DNA from: Lama guanicoe
Lineage: Eukaryota
Length of the DNA stretch: 64,000 nt
NCBI GenBank assembly: GCA_013239625.1
Contig: MU054391.1
Coordinates: forward strand, 5,105,824 to 5,169,823
Reading direction: 5' to 3'
The translations under genes were made by a program, and so were the position numbers. The notes under the pieces are model-generated. The model made no database searches. It was not told where the DNA came from and was given only the letters and a program-made list of their open reading frames with translations. Below are positions 25,367-38,645 of the stretch, in pieces (within the stretch, counting starts at the first letter, position 1; every line of letters begins with the position of its first letter).

Positions 25367-25854
25367 CCGCTGTTCTCCAGTTCTTGGTCTCAGGGTCCTC
25401 TACACTCTTCAAAACTACTGAAGCATAACCCACTTAAACAACAGCCACTCATCTTTACCGTATTAGAATCAAACTGAGAATTTAAAAAATATTTGTTAAT
25501 TCAAGAATAACAACAAGCCTACCACGGTAGGATTTTATGAAACAATGTTTTTATGAAAAATAAGTATGTTTTCCAAAACCAAAAAAAGTACTGAGAAGAG
25601 TGGCACTATTTTTACGGTTTGCACATCTTTGTAACGTCTGACTTAACAGAAGAGAGCTGAATTCTCAAATGCTTCTGCTGCAACAGCACATGTCACGCAG
25701 CCTCTGGGGAGTCCCACCGTACTCCCATGAGAAAAGAAAGTGGAAAAGGCAAATCACGCCTAAGTGTTCTTATGAAGACAGCTTTGACCTTTCCGCCTCC
25801 TAAAAGGATCTCAGGGACTCCCAGGGTCTCTGGATCATACTTTGCAAACTGCTG
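25367..25854 (+). mobile_element. Charlie1-like hAT DNA transposon, non-autonomous
   Basis: Starts ccgctgttctc...ggtctcagggtcc, contains gagaagagtggcactatttttac, and ends agggtctctggatcatactttgcaaactgctg, with degenerate terminal inverted repeats. Confidence 0.7.
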
Positions 25855-28800
25855 ATGTCAACAGGCACAAACATTAAATCAGGTATCAAATTTGGCTGGC
25901 ACTTTTTCTATTTTGTTTTTGTCTGTCTGGTGGGGATGGAGGGGTTCGTATATCAGAATCACCATCTCATTCCACCAAATTCTAATATAACTCTTTACCC
26001 CAAAGAGGGGAGAATTATTGCTGTAGAAAATACTATTACAAATAAAAGAACGCTCTGTTGGGTGTATTGGGGGGTAAGGAAAATGGTTAAGAATCACTGA
26101 TTGACTTAGAGGTCTTACACGTAACAGAAGGCATCAGACGAAGCCTAGATAAATTAAGATGCTAACCCAAATTAGAATTAAGAATTGAAGCCTCCCAACT
26201 CAGTGTTCAAACTAAGATGAATTTATATTACTTGCATACATACTAATTATCAAGGAAGGAAAACCACCCCAAAATAAAATGAGTGGAACACTGAACATCT
26301 GCCATGGAAAATCCACGCACTGATGAGGTCAGAAGGACTGAGTTCAGGGCTGGCACTGAATGATTTGGTCTCAAACGCTGAGCCTGCTGAGGTCCATTTG
26401 TATAAACCTGGGGAAGGCATCCAGTTCTCCGAGGCTCCGATTTTTCCAACTGTAAAGCTGAAATACGGTATTACAGCACCAGCCGTTGTAAGTGGGAACG
26501 CACTTCAGCATTTATGGTGCATCTGACATAGAAACTGTGTTTAATAAATGTTAGCTATTACTGGCAGTTTAGCTATTAAGAGTAATCTGTTTGTAATTAA
26601 ACTCAACTATTGTGCTTGAGGGCTTTCGTCCTGTTCATTTCTTATCTGTTACCATTTCCTTTTGTTGGATTTTTCTTTCAAGTCTTTAAGTCTGTTCCCC
26701 AAACATTTTAAAGCTCTTGTGTCTAAGGAAAAAAGTTTTGCATAGTACTCTAAATAAAAGTCCTCTAACCACTCACATTTTGAAAGGAAACTATGCTCCA
26801 ACAATATGAGTTCTTTAGAAGACTTTTTAAGACTCTGAAACTAAATAGTGCCCAGCCCATCCTGATACTGCCTGTGACCTTCTACCTGAGGCCAGTCAAT
26901 GCTCAGGCACATACTCCGTAACACCCCAAGGTTAATTTCCAGGCCAAGAAGAGACGGGCAATCCTATCTCTTTTCTGGGCTTCATTAAGTTCAAGCAAAG
27001 CTCAGTTTTCACCGTGAGAAATAGATGCCCAGGCTCCTCTGTTGTAATCATTTCTCGCCAAAATGCCCAGCCATTTTTCAGGTCATCAGATACTTCCTCT
27101 ATTGCCCTTTGTCTGTCTCTCCATAACTGCTCTAAATAAGTAGTGTTTACTATGACAGCAACAGCAAGCAGGACGAGTCAGTATTTCTCCCTGATACAAA
27201 TTAATGTATCAAAAAGTATTTTAAAAATCTGTATTTATTATGTATTTTAATAAACAGCAACCTCAAGTATGGCACTTGTAAAAGTCTGAGTAATTTTAAA
27301 TAAAGGAGCATTATTTCGAGAATAAAATCACCATTATTCAGATATTTCTCTAAAGGGCAAAACCTTTTAAAAAAGATCCCAGCACTGCATTCTAATGAAG
27401 ACTAAGAAAAAGCCAGTCACAACACAATGTCTCAACTGTGCTCGCTAGTCTTTCAAAAAATAAACCAGGCTGCTTATGCTCTCTGGTAAGCAGGTGAGAA
27501 TCTCTTTTTATTTCCCAAAAAAACAAAAACAAAAAAAACAAGCAAAAAAACCAAAACAAACCCAACTTTAAAAGAACCTCGGTAAATCAGCAACCTAACC
27601 ACATAAATGAATTTCACAGATTTCCAGGGCTGACAGTTACTGGTTTTACGACCCTGTTCAACTGACTTCACCCTTTGGAACTTCTGTTTCCTCCTCTGCG
27701 CGGTGGCTAAGGACACCTCTGCACAGGACTGCTGGGACAGTCAGATGGGATATTTATAAAGAGGACTCAGCAAAGTGACCAGCACATGGACGTCAGTCTG
27801 CCACTCAAGTTTCAAAGTCAAAGTCCAGACACTCTATTCAATGGGCCTATTTCTAACACAGTGAGGACAAACCCTGTCCATGTCAAGCCTATATATTTAC
27901 TGTAACAAGACACCACAGGCAGACTAAGCATTCAGCAAGCACTAATTTTCCCAGTTTCTTCATTTCTTACCTAAAAGTCATAAAAAAAAAAAGTCCATTC
28001 ACACAAGCTTTTTCTCTCACAGAACTTCAGCGTGGACCATGTATTTTATGCAAACAGCATGGGGTTCTGACAGGTAACTGGACAATTTGTTCATCATTCC
28101 AACAGATGGTTGTGTGTGTTCTTAGTTTTTCTTTCAACAGACTATCAAGGATTAGGGTCTTGCCGTAAAGAACTAGTTTCCAGAGGTGCCCCAGACGGAC
28201 AGAGGAGTCCTTGTACTCTGCAAGGAGGAGTATGGATTCTTATTTTTAATTATTACAACTATCTGGTTATTCTTATTAATATATGAATTGCTATTTTCAA
28301 AACAGGAAAGATATGTTAGCTCTTACTGGGAAGAGATGGAAGCTATCACTATGTAATTGGATACTATCTTCAAAACTCCCCTTTGTTTTTTAATTGATTA
28401 ACATGGAGAATTCGCTGTCAAATTGGCATTTCAGACAGGCCTGACCTGGCGGAACCCCGTGACACGAGTCACCTGGGCAAATTTCCTCTGACTCTAACAC
28501 ACTCAGATACAACAGCAACACCCAGAGTAACAGCTTTACTTTCCTAGGGATGCACGTTCAAGTTGCCAGCATCCCCACACGGGCACTACCCTCCCACCTC
28601 GTATAGAAAGCCTGCGTCCAAGGGAAGCATGCTGCCCTCACTTGCTCAAGGATGACTGGATGCTTAAGAGGATCCAGTTCTACAACTTGGAGCAGAACTT
28701 AGAATTCAAATACCTCCAAAAGAGGCACTGCAGGGACCTGACAGGGTAAGAGAATGTGAATCAGACCCGTTCCCAAGTGCAGAAGCCGCCGGTGCGCTGC

Positions 28801-31800
28801 TGTGGCCTGAAGATTTTTCAGGAATCCACCAGGCTGGACAGCCTGCCACTTTCGCCAAGTAACAGGTTTTCCCTCCTTCGGAGCTAAGCATATTCAAAAC
28901 CCTCAGAGCTTAAGCACAATATGTCAAAAGGCCACTGCATCCTTTTGGATAAAAACACCTTCATCTTTGCTCTAAGGAAGAGTAACCAACACGTACAAAC
29001 CCCTGCCTTAGTTCAGGACCCCGCTGGCTCCCATTACCTCTTCTCAGTCAACTTCGGGTATTTCTTTTTAATTACATATTCTCATAATCATAAAGCTGAA
29101 TGCTTAGAATAACAAAGTACAGGAGCAAACAGCTTGGGTGCTGGGTGCAATCAGACACACCTCGTTCTAATTCCAGATCTACCACTTACTAACCTTGGTG
29201 GAAGAGCTCCACCACACCCACCTCCAGGGCGGCTGCTGGGACTACCCGACAACCCACGCACTTGGCACAACAATGGAGATGCAATAATTACTGAAACATG
29301 AACTGTTACAAGGATAAGATAACGTAAAAAATCAATTTTAGAATTACTTGTGGTTTTCCGACTGAAATCCAACTTTTAGCTCAGGATCGCCCAGCGATAC
29401 CCAAAGGGCCTGGGCCTTCATTCCAAGCCACCAAAAGGCTTTCACATACGGTCCACAGAGAGCAGAAAAGAAAAAAACAAAACAAAACCCAACAAAACCC
29501 CTAAGAGTCCAGTTCCCTTCCTGCCACACTTTATTCCCTCTCATGGGATCATGGGATTGTCCTTGGTGAAGTTAATATTTTCCCCACAGAGTTCCTACTG
29601 AGCCACTAACCAACTAATTAACTTCATGAGGACAAATTTTTAAGTGACTTGAGGCTTCTGCCTGCCAGATGGCATTTCCAAGATCACCTCTCCTTCCCAG
29701 CAGAGTGCACGTGGCTTCTAACAACCCTCCTGTCCAGAGTCCATGCAGTGGGCGCCTGGCTGGTGCCTGCGGGATCACAGGGGCAAAGGGATCCCCGCTC
29801 TCTCTGCTCCTCGGGGTCACGGAAGATTGAAATAAAGGCACGTCAGCTGCAAGTGCCTCAGCCCTCCCTACACTCACCCCGACCCCCAGGGCCGCTGCCC
29901 CAGCGCAAAGCTAAGGGGAAGAAGGGCGAGGAGGGAGAGCGGACCCCTCAACACGGCCGTCGGGGCCCGCTGCACGGAACACCCAACCAGACAGACGCCG
30001 AGGGAAGAGCCCACAAGCACGCAACAGAACGGACGGACAGGGACCCTCTCTCACTGAGCCTCCACGTGCTCGACTACAGGTTTACAAAATGAGTAATGCA
30101 GCCCTGCCAGGAGCTCCCATCCCCGAGGAGAAATGCATGGCGGCACTAACCCTGCGGCTTGACGAGACCTCGGCGGGAGCAGCGAGCCCAGAGAGCCGCG
30201 TGGTGACAGGGGCGACCCCTGAAAGGGCGGCACCCGGGCCGGGAGGAGCCCTGGTCGGGAACCGAACCCTTCACGCAGCCTGGGCAACCTGGGTGCCTGC
30301 GTGGCCCTCGGCTGAGTCACAGCCTGTGGCTCAGACCCAGATGGGCAAGGTGACTTGGCAAAGGTCCCAAAGCTAATGGAAATCCGGCAGAACCTGAATT
30401 CAAACCCACACGTACCTGCCCCCAACCCAGTGCTCATCCTGTTAGTCACTAAGATCACCGGGTGGCAGGGGGGCAGGGGGTTTGAATCTGATCGTTCCTC
30501 ATGTCCTAGGCCTGCTGTTCAATTTTATCATCAATAAAAGAAGATCCTGGGGAAATTTCTTTTTAATATTTCTCAACATTTAAAAATACATTTTAGCATA
30601 ATGCTACTCAACACCAAACACCTGTACTGTTTCCAACTGTTTCATTCTGCTGAGCACACAGAAAGTGGCTCATGGAGACACGGTCTGCGTCCGACAACTT
30701 TCCAAGCTGGTCGCTCTTCTTTTATGCTTCTCGGCCCTGAGCGCATCCCCTTTTATAACAGTAATCTCGGTGTGGCTGGTAGTTTGACAGTAAGTGTCTC
30801 GCAGAGACAAAGCACGTCTTTCTATCCAACACTGGAACCCAGCATCAGCGAAACACATATGTGTTGCGTGACTGACTGCCTGAAAGTCTCCAACTCAGCG
30901 GTCCACTGTCTCCAAGTTTCTGGGAACACCATGCACTCACAAAACGTCTGTTCTAACTGGTGGGTAGCTGAGTCATGCGAGGTGGAACAGAATCACCTTC
31001 CTACAGCTTTTACAACATAATCCCATACAAAGCCTGGCAACCTCTCAGACAGACACAGCTTCACTGTACACACTCATACATGTTGTCTCCAGGTGTCCAT
31101 CCTTGCTGTCACGCAGAAGCCATGTCATCATTTGTTCATTCATTCAGTGGAGACTTATGGGGAACTCACAACAGCCCAGGTAGCATATAACATCCGGAAA
31201 ACAAGACAGGCGTGCCGTGACTGCTGCCCCGGATGCGCGGTCTGTCAGAGGAGGACACTGTGCAGGGAACTCTCCAGTACATTTATGATTAAACACTGAG
31301 GTAAATTCTCAAAGGAAAGAAAAACAATTCCACGAGAGTGGGTAACAAGTAATCTGTCCTAGATTAAGGCATCTCTGAGGACAGAATGTTACAGTGAGAT
31401 CTGAAGGGTGAGGGTGGGGTGGGGTGGGAGAAGGAACAGTCAGAGGTGACAGAGCAGACAAAGCCTCTGGGAGAAGAGACACGTGATTCTCCAGGAGAGG
31501 AGAACATGCACGGAGAACATGGCAAGAGGGCTGGTGGAGGACGAGGGAAACAGCTGGATCCTAAATTCATCCCTTCAACAAACACTCACTGAGAACAGCC
31601 ACGTGCCAGGCACCTGCCAGGCTCGGGGGACAGCCCCGTACGTAAGACAGGCTGGGTCTGTGTTCCAATGACACCTCCACTCCAGGGGCAGAGACAGACC
31701 AAGAAGTAAACAAGGTAACTCCAGCCAGCGGTGGTGTCTCCCGGCCGGAGCCACCCAGCTGAGCATCTCTGGGAGGAACCCCACATACGCAGACCCTCCT

Positions 31801-33867
31801 GTGGTCTTACTCCCCAGTGTGGACCAAGACACACATCAGGACTGTGCCCATACAAATTTCCCCAACAAGGCATGCATGTGTCTGCTTTCAAATAGTACAT
31901 GCTAGAGAAATTCCTAGATTTTAAAAAAGCAAGCATTCAGCCCCACCTAGATCCCTCAGGACATGAAACACAGGGATTCGTCTGCCCCTCCTGTGACCGG
32001 ACAGGGGACACACTGCAGCCACAGGAGACAGAAGGCCCCACAAAGTGTTCCTGCAGATGTAACAACATCCCTCCCCTGCAGGCGCCCATGCACACACACG
32101 CACGGGCATACACGCGCGTGTGCACACAAGCACTCCCCACCACCAGGCTACAGACTAAGTCAGGAGTCCGTCCACACCACACTCTCTCAGCTGGTTAGGG
32201 TCCCCCTGTCAAGTTCATGCAGCCTGTCCTCCAGGAAGGCCTGCCCTGAGTTTCCTGCTCGTGGCTTTTTCACACTTGGACACAGTCCCCCCTGCCCCTC
32301 CCAGCCACGCCTTCTGCACGAGGAATGGCTCCACGGCTGAGCCTGTTGGAGCCAAAGTTCTGCTAAGTGGTCCCTGAATAAATCCCGCTACTGGCTGCTC
32401 CCTGCCCCGGAGTCAGATGTCCTGTGAGCTAACAGCCCAGCACCCGGGCCTAAAGGAACTGATGGAGGGGGGAGAGGTGGGAATTCGGTGCCCCAGGGAG
32501 GGCCCCGGGGAAGGAGGGTCCCCGGACAGGGAGACGAGCTGGAGCAAACTTCAAGGCTTTGCTGAAGCAAGCAGCCCTGGGTCTTTGGGCTGCAGCTACG
32601 AAGAACAGTGCCCAAATTTGTAAAACAGGCCCCGGCAGCTGCTTTCCAGAGCTCATGATCCCTGCAGGAACAGGGAGGCTGTCTAAGGTCAGAAAAGAGA
32701 AATCACCAGACGCTTTCCCCTGAGCAACCTTCACACACACACACTCAGAATAAACCCTGGAGACGGCTCTGACACAGCACGATGCCCACACCGGGAGGAA
32801 GCAGCTCACCTACACCTCCTCGCCCCGCTCCCAGCAGTCTCCTCTGTCGGCCAGAATCTGTGATTCCTCCACCGGGAACCATCTTCCTTCCCACAAACAG
32901 AGAGAAAGGGCAAGCTGCCTGTGACAGATAGTGTGAAGAGTCTCAGATGAAGTTAAGTTACTTAAAGCAGCAGGCGTGGGATAGAAGAACAGACAACAGG
33001 CCTCGGAGCAGAACAGACGTGGCATCAAATCCACCACTTTCTCGGCTGTGGGACCTCGAACCACTACCTCGCATCTCAGAGTCCCCTTCTCACCCCCAGA
33101 ACGAGGGTGCACACGCAGCTCAAGTCCCTCTCCCCACCCTCGTGTTTTTGGTGGGAGAGGTATTAGTTATCTAACGAGAAAGAAGGGGTAAACTGAGGCG
33201 TGAAAGAGAGAAGTGTGTGTCAGCGGTGACACTGTAAAACTTCTCCGTTTTACTTGAGGCCCTCTGGGGATTTAAGGAAAAGGTTCTGAAACGTCTCGCT
33301 TCCTGGGGCTCCAGCAGTTCCACCAGCCTCTTGTCGGGAGTCTCCATCCGAGGAGAACTCAGCCGGTGTCTGGTGCTACCCATCTCCCCCCACGTCCAGA
33401 CCAGAGCGTCCCCTGCACATCTAGTTAAATATCTCTAATCGCAAATGCAGCATCTCACAGATCACACTGCTAAATATTCTCACCGTAACTGAGGTTCTCC
33501 CTCTTCGGGCCAAAAACAAAACAAAACAAAACAACAAAACACGTACGTCTTCACATCTCACCTAGCGGGTACCAGGGCCATGTCAGCACTCCCAAGGACA
33601 GCACGCAAACTTCCTTTCGATACTTAAAGACAGCTCAGGTCTCTCCTTCCACATCTAGTTTCTTCCTTCAAGGATATTGTAGGTTTTCAATGTTCCTTCT
33701 GACCCTTTCTTCCTATAACCAAACTCAGAAAAATGTGGATGCCTCTGAACACCTAGCAATTTCCCTAAATGAGAAAACATCCAAAATCCTTAAACCAAGT
33801 CTCAAAAAGTATGCTGCTGTAACATTGAGCTTCCTTCTTGTACTTTGTTTTACAATGGTTTTATCTT

Positions 33868-34290
33868 TTTAATAGTTCCACTGAAGTAAAATTTACATGC
33901 CATAAAACTCACCTAATTTAAGTGTACAACTCAATGAGTTTTAGTGAATTTATACAGTCAGTTTTGCAACCAAAAGCCTGCCAGAATTTTGAAAAGAATT
34001 GCACGGACTTTACTGATCAGCTGCAGGAGAACTGCCACCTTAACGACATTAAGGCTTCCCATCCCCGAGCGTGGTATCTCTCTGCAGGCTTTAGGTCTTC
34101 CTTCATTTCTGTCAGCACAGATTTTTATTTTCAGTTTACTGGTCTTGCATTTCTTTGATAAATTTATTCCTAAGCATATCATTTCTTCTGATGCTACTGT
34201 GGATTTTTTTTTAATTTAAACTTTGTTCTGTTCGCTTCTAACATACAGAAATAAAACTAGCTTTTGTATATTGCTCTTATACCCTCTGAT
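33868..34290 (-). mobile_element. Old L1 ORF2 fragment and 3' end
   Basis: ORF 33958..34182 (CLGINLSK...EIPRSGMGSLNVVKVAVLLQLISKVRAILFKILAGF) is degenerate L1 ORF2. Confidence 0.8.
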
Positions 34291-34595
34291 TTTACCATTT
34301 CCTTTATAATTTTTTTGAATAAGGTATTTTTCAATATCACATGAAGTCTTACCCATCAGGTCCTGCATTACTTCACTTCGCTTCATACAAAAGCTATGCC
34401 CAGAAGGCAAACATTTCAACCAGCTTCTTAGAAACCATCTGCTTCACGACAGTAAATCATTCATAAAGTTCATATATTCCATTATTTGTGCTACATCAAG
34501 TTTAAAATTACCACTTAGCAAACTCGAACTCATTTTATATTTTTGAGACCAGTAGGAAGAGTGTCTGCCTCTCTCTGTCTTTCAAATCCCTGTGG

Positions 34596-34801
34596 CAGGA
34601 CTGTGCTTAGCAGCACTGGCCAAATACAGCCCACCAGCTCCTTTGGTAAATAAGCCTGACAGAAGCACAGTCAAGTTCACTGTTCACAGACTGTCTGTGT
34701 GCACAACACACATTGCTGAACAGCTGTGACAGAGGCTGTGTGTCCGGCAAAGTCCAAAATATTTGCTATCTGGTCCTTTATAGATAGTTCGCCAATCTCT
34801 G
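34596..34801 (+). mobile_element. MER58A-like element
   Basis: ggccaaatacagcccacc...gcaaagtccaaaatatttgctatctggtcctttatagatagttcgccaatctctg. Confidence 0.75.
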
Positions 34802-34962
34802 CTCTCAGAAATGCTGGGCAAACCTGTGAGAGATAAATTCTCTCCAATTTAATTAAGTAGGATCAATATCCTAATATATAGAACATTCTATCCTTAAATA
34901 CTCTTTTTCTTATCACCTAAGGTTTTCAATTTTTTTTTCTTCAAAAATTTCAATGCTTATAT

Positions 34963-35745
34963 GGGAACCCTCCTACATTGCTGGTGGGAATGTAGTTTGG
35001 TGTGACATAGAAAACAGTATGGAGATTCCTCAAAAAACTAAAAATGGACTTACCATATGATCCAGCAATCCCACTTCTGGGTATATATCCAGAGGGAACT
35101 CTAATTCAAAAAGATACGTGCATCCTAATGTTCACAGCAGCCCTATATACAGTAGCCAAGACATGGAAGCAACCTAAATGTCCACTGACAGATGACTGGA
35201 TAAAGAAGGTGTGGTACATTTATACAGTGGAATACTACCTAGCCATAAAAAAGAACAAAACAAGGCTATTTGCAGCAACATGGATGGACCTAGAGATGGT
35301 CATTCTAAGTGAAGTAAGCCAGAAAGGGAAAGAAAAATACCATATGATATCACTCACATGTGGAATCTGAAAAAAAAAAAAAGAAAGAAAGAAAAAAGAG
35401 GACACTAATGCACTCATCTACAGAACAGAAACAGGCTCGAAGACATAGTTAACAATCTTATGGTTACCAGGGAAAGGGGGTGGGAAGGGATAAATTCAGG
35501 AGTTTGAGATTTACAAATGTCAGCCACTATATATAAAAACAGATTTTTAAAAATGTTTCTTCTGTATAGCCCAGGGAACTATGCTCAATATCTTGTAATA
35601 ACCTTTAATGAAAAAGAATATGAAAACAAATATATGTGTATGCACGATGGGGACATTGTGCTGTGCACCAGAAACTGGCACATTACAACTGACTGTGTTT
35701 CAATTTAAAAAATAAATAAATAAATATGTACCAAAAAAAAAAAAA
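34963..35745 (+). mobile_element. 5'-truncated, relatively young L1 (ORF2 C-terminus, 3' UTR, poly-A)
   Basis: ORF 35044..35370 [17 protein letters not shown]...MFTAALYTVAKTWKQPKCP is the L1 ORF2 C-terminus and downstream sequence; ends in aataaataaa...A13. Confidence 0.95.
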
Positions 35746-35884
35746 TCAGTAGCACACACGCAAGCAGCACCTTCCTCCTGAACATTTGCTGTAAAAGAGT
35801 AACACAGCTAACTTCATCCAGCTGCTCGTCTCTAAAGCTGCCTCACCCAACACAACCGGCTGCAAGGGCACAGATGCTCTCTCT

Positions 35885-36027
35885 CTGCACCCTCCTATAT
35901 GGCAGCCACTAACCACCTGTGGCTACTGAGCACTTGAAATGTGGCCAGTGTGACTGAGTCTCACATTTTAATTGATTAAAATTTTACACGGCCGCATGTG
36001 GCTAGTGGCCCCATACTGGCCAGCGTC
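35885..36027. mobile_element. MER3-like hAT element
   Basis: tatggcagccactaaccacctgtggctactgagcacttgaaatgtggccagtgtgactgag...gcatgtggctagtggccccatactgg, with long inverted ends. Confidence 0.8.
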
Positions 36028-37093
36028 TAAAGGATTAAGAGTTAACTTCACAGACTGCCATCACCCTTCAGCAAAAGCAACAGTTTCCTCTGACAGAATA
36101 CGAATTTACTCGCCTTCTAACTCAAAAGCATGATGTTACTGCTGCTTATGCAGTGACATACAAGTCCTCTGCTTTCAGTAATCTCATCAGGGTTTCCTTT
36201 TATCCAGATTCAAAACAAACAACTCTTTTCTTTTTCAGATATTAAATACAGTATCACTTTGAACCTGTCATCTGTACAAGATTTTTTAAATGGTCATAAT
36301 GGTATAAAAACTGCTTCAAATGAAGCACCATCGAAGTATTTTATTCCTCTTATAAAAATTAAAGTTGAAACACCAAGAACCTGGAGTGCTGGTGTACAGA
36401 ACGAAAGGGAAAACCAGGGCACGTGGCGTCAACGGAAACTGAGGGAAGACAGCAAGTCAGAACAGAGGACGGGTGGGACCAAGTCAAACACCGAAGACGC
36501 AGAATAGAATGAGATTTGAGGGAAAAGGTGACCTGTTAGCTACAGGTCCACAACTCCTTGGACAAAACCAGTGGAGCCACATGTACTTCCCACTTCAGAC
36601 ACACCACATAGACCATTGCGGATATCACGGAACCCACCCAGCAGGTTCGGCCGGCAAGTCTGCGGGAACACTGCTCCTGGGTGTTCAGCCAAGGAAGCTT
36701 TGCACATTTCTACTTCCTGCCTTACCTCTCTGGCCAGATCGCTACACCCAGCTTCTGTTACATGCCTCACAGATACCGCAAAGTCAACATGCACTTAGTC
36801 AGCAAATATTCAGTGTTTACTACACAACCATTCACGGCTCTTGGTGCTGAAGATATACCTGTTTGAAATGTTTAACCCCTGAATATGTGCCCTGCCTCCA
36901 GAGCTCCCTACACCCAGAAAAAGGTGCTTCCAGCTACCTTACTGTTCAAGCCAGGAACCTGGAGTCATGCTTGACACCTGCGTCCTACCTGCACTCGCCA
37001 TCCATCACTAAGTCCTTCCAATTTCCCTTCTAAATATCTCCAATCTACCTGCCCCACTCCATCGCTCTGCTGCTCTCACCCCTAGATAAAGCC

Positions 37094-37313
37094 CGTGGTT
37101 CCTACCTGGAGGCGGTTTTGCCCCCAAAGGGATATGTGAAAATACCTGGAAACATCCATGGTTGTCACAGCTTGGGGTGGAGGTGCTACTAGCATCTAAT
37201 GGGTAGAGGTCAGTCAGGGATGCTGTCAGACACCCTGCAGTGCGCAGGATGGCCCTGCGCATCAAGAATTATCCGGCCTAAAATGTTAGCGGTGCTGATG
37301 CTGAGAAACGCTG
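37094..37313 (+). mobile_element. MER20 (hAT-Charlie), near full length
   Basis: gtggttcctacctggaggcggttttgccccc...ggttgtcacagcttgggg...tgctactagcatctaatgggtagagg...aagaattatccggcctaaaatg...tgagaaacgctg. Confidence 0.88.
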
Positions 37314-37508
37314 CTCTGAGTAAATGGAAGAGTAATGCACTTCGATGTTGTATTTTTGTAGTTGACAGCTCTTGAAAAAAATGATCACAATTTAGAATAA
37401 CTTCTCTACTCTAGATTTAGAATAAATTTTCTACTTGTAAAAACTCTGTTTGAATCCAGTCTATTATGCTGGAGCACGTCGTTGCCTGTAAACGAAGCCA
37501 ACACTTAC

Positions 37509-37586
37509 TTGTGCATGTTCTCCACGCCTATGATGACCATGATACAGTAGGAGATTCCACTTTGTACGAGGAAGTGTAAGGCATAC
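37509..37586 (-). CDS. MBOAT2: MBOAT2 coding exon 3 (78 nt, phase 2 to 2)
   Basis: Branch-like ttctaac, acceptor ctttccgttttgtag|GTATGC, donor CACAA|gtaagt. Encodes (W)YALHFLVQSGISYCIMVIIGVENMH(K), in frame with exon 2. Confidence 0.96.
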
Positions 37587-38610
37587 CTACAAAACGGAAA
37601 GCACTGTTAGAAGAGGCCACTCACAGGCACCAAGGTGAACCAGTTCAGGCTAAAAAGTGCTTGCCTGTAACAGAACATCCCCAGGGAAAAGCAAGGACCC
37701 AAACCTCCAAATCCTAAACCTCTGCGGACACCCTGGAGGGGGAGTCCCACAGCACAAGCCCCACAAGAGCTGGAGGATTAAGACAAAACCCCATAGAGCC
37801 ACCCTGGGAGCCCCAGCACCCACTGTTCCTAACTACAGGAGAGCACCCTGGGGTCACCCTGGGGTGGCTCAGGGACGATGGCTTTTTCCATAACTCAGGC
37901 ACAAGGATGAAAAGCAGTGATACATCTGGGTCTCAGAACAGTCCTAACAGACCATCAGTCTTTTGTTTACCCAAACGAGTTTTGTATCTATTTACCTTTT
38001 CAAGTGCTCCTTACAAAACAATAAAAACATCTAATATTAAAATACTAAAAGCAGGGATGACCAAATATATTTATTCTGAAAACATGATGGCTCAAGTCAA
38101 ATAAGCTTACTTGTACAAATCTAGTCGATCCTTAATTTACAGAAATCTACACACAAAACGTTCTTCCTGAGATTTCTACCGTTCTAAGGAGAAATTCACC
38201 ATTAAATGAGAAAACTAGTTTATCCATTCGCCTCACAAAATTCAGGCAAAACATAATCAGATCCCTGGTTTTAAAATCAGTCCAAACTATCCCGAAGATT
38301 ACACACACACGTGCGCGTGCACACACACTTCCGATTTTCTTTCCCCTTTGATGTCATGAAAAATCTATGAAACAATTTTCAAATCATTGTATACAATTTA
38401 AAGTATGAATAAGGATCTTTTGCTATGGTTAAAATTACTTTTTAACCTAATCATTATAGAAGAACAGGCACCTCCAATGTGAAAAAGTTACTTAAATTAA
38501 AAAAATTTTTCCACAGAAATAGTACAAATAAGTAGGCTCCAAGGCAGGCCCATAGAAGAGACTTATTTTACACGTTGTACAGAGTATGTCTGTTGGTTTC
38601 TCCCTCTGCC

Positions 38611-38612
<2 letters not shown>

Positions 38613-38643
<31 letters not shown>
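38613..38643. repeat. (AC)15 microsatellite
   Basis: Perfect dinucleotide run. Confidence 0.95.

Positions 38644-38645
<2 letters not shown>

Noticed and set aside
38301..38328. Alternating purine-pyrimidine run (possible Z-DNA)
   Set aside because: Short degenerate CA repeat of a very common type, with nothing suggesting function.
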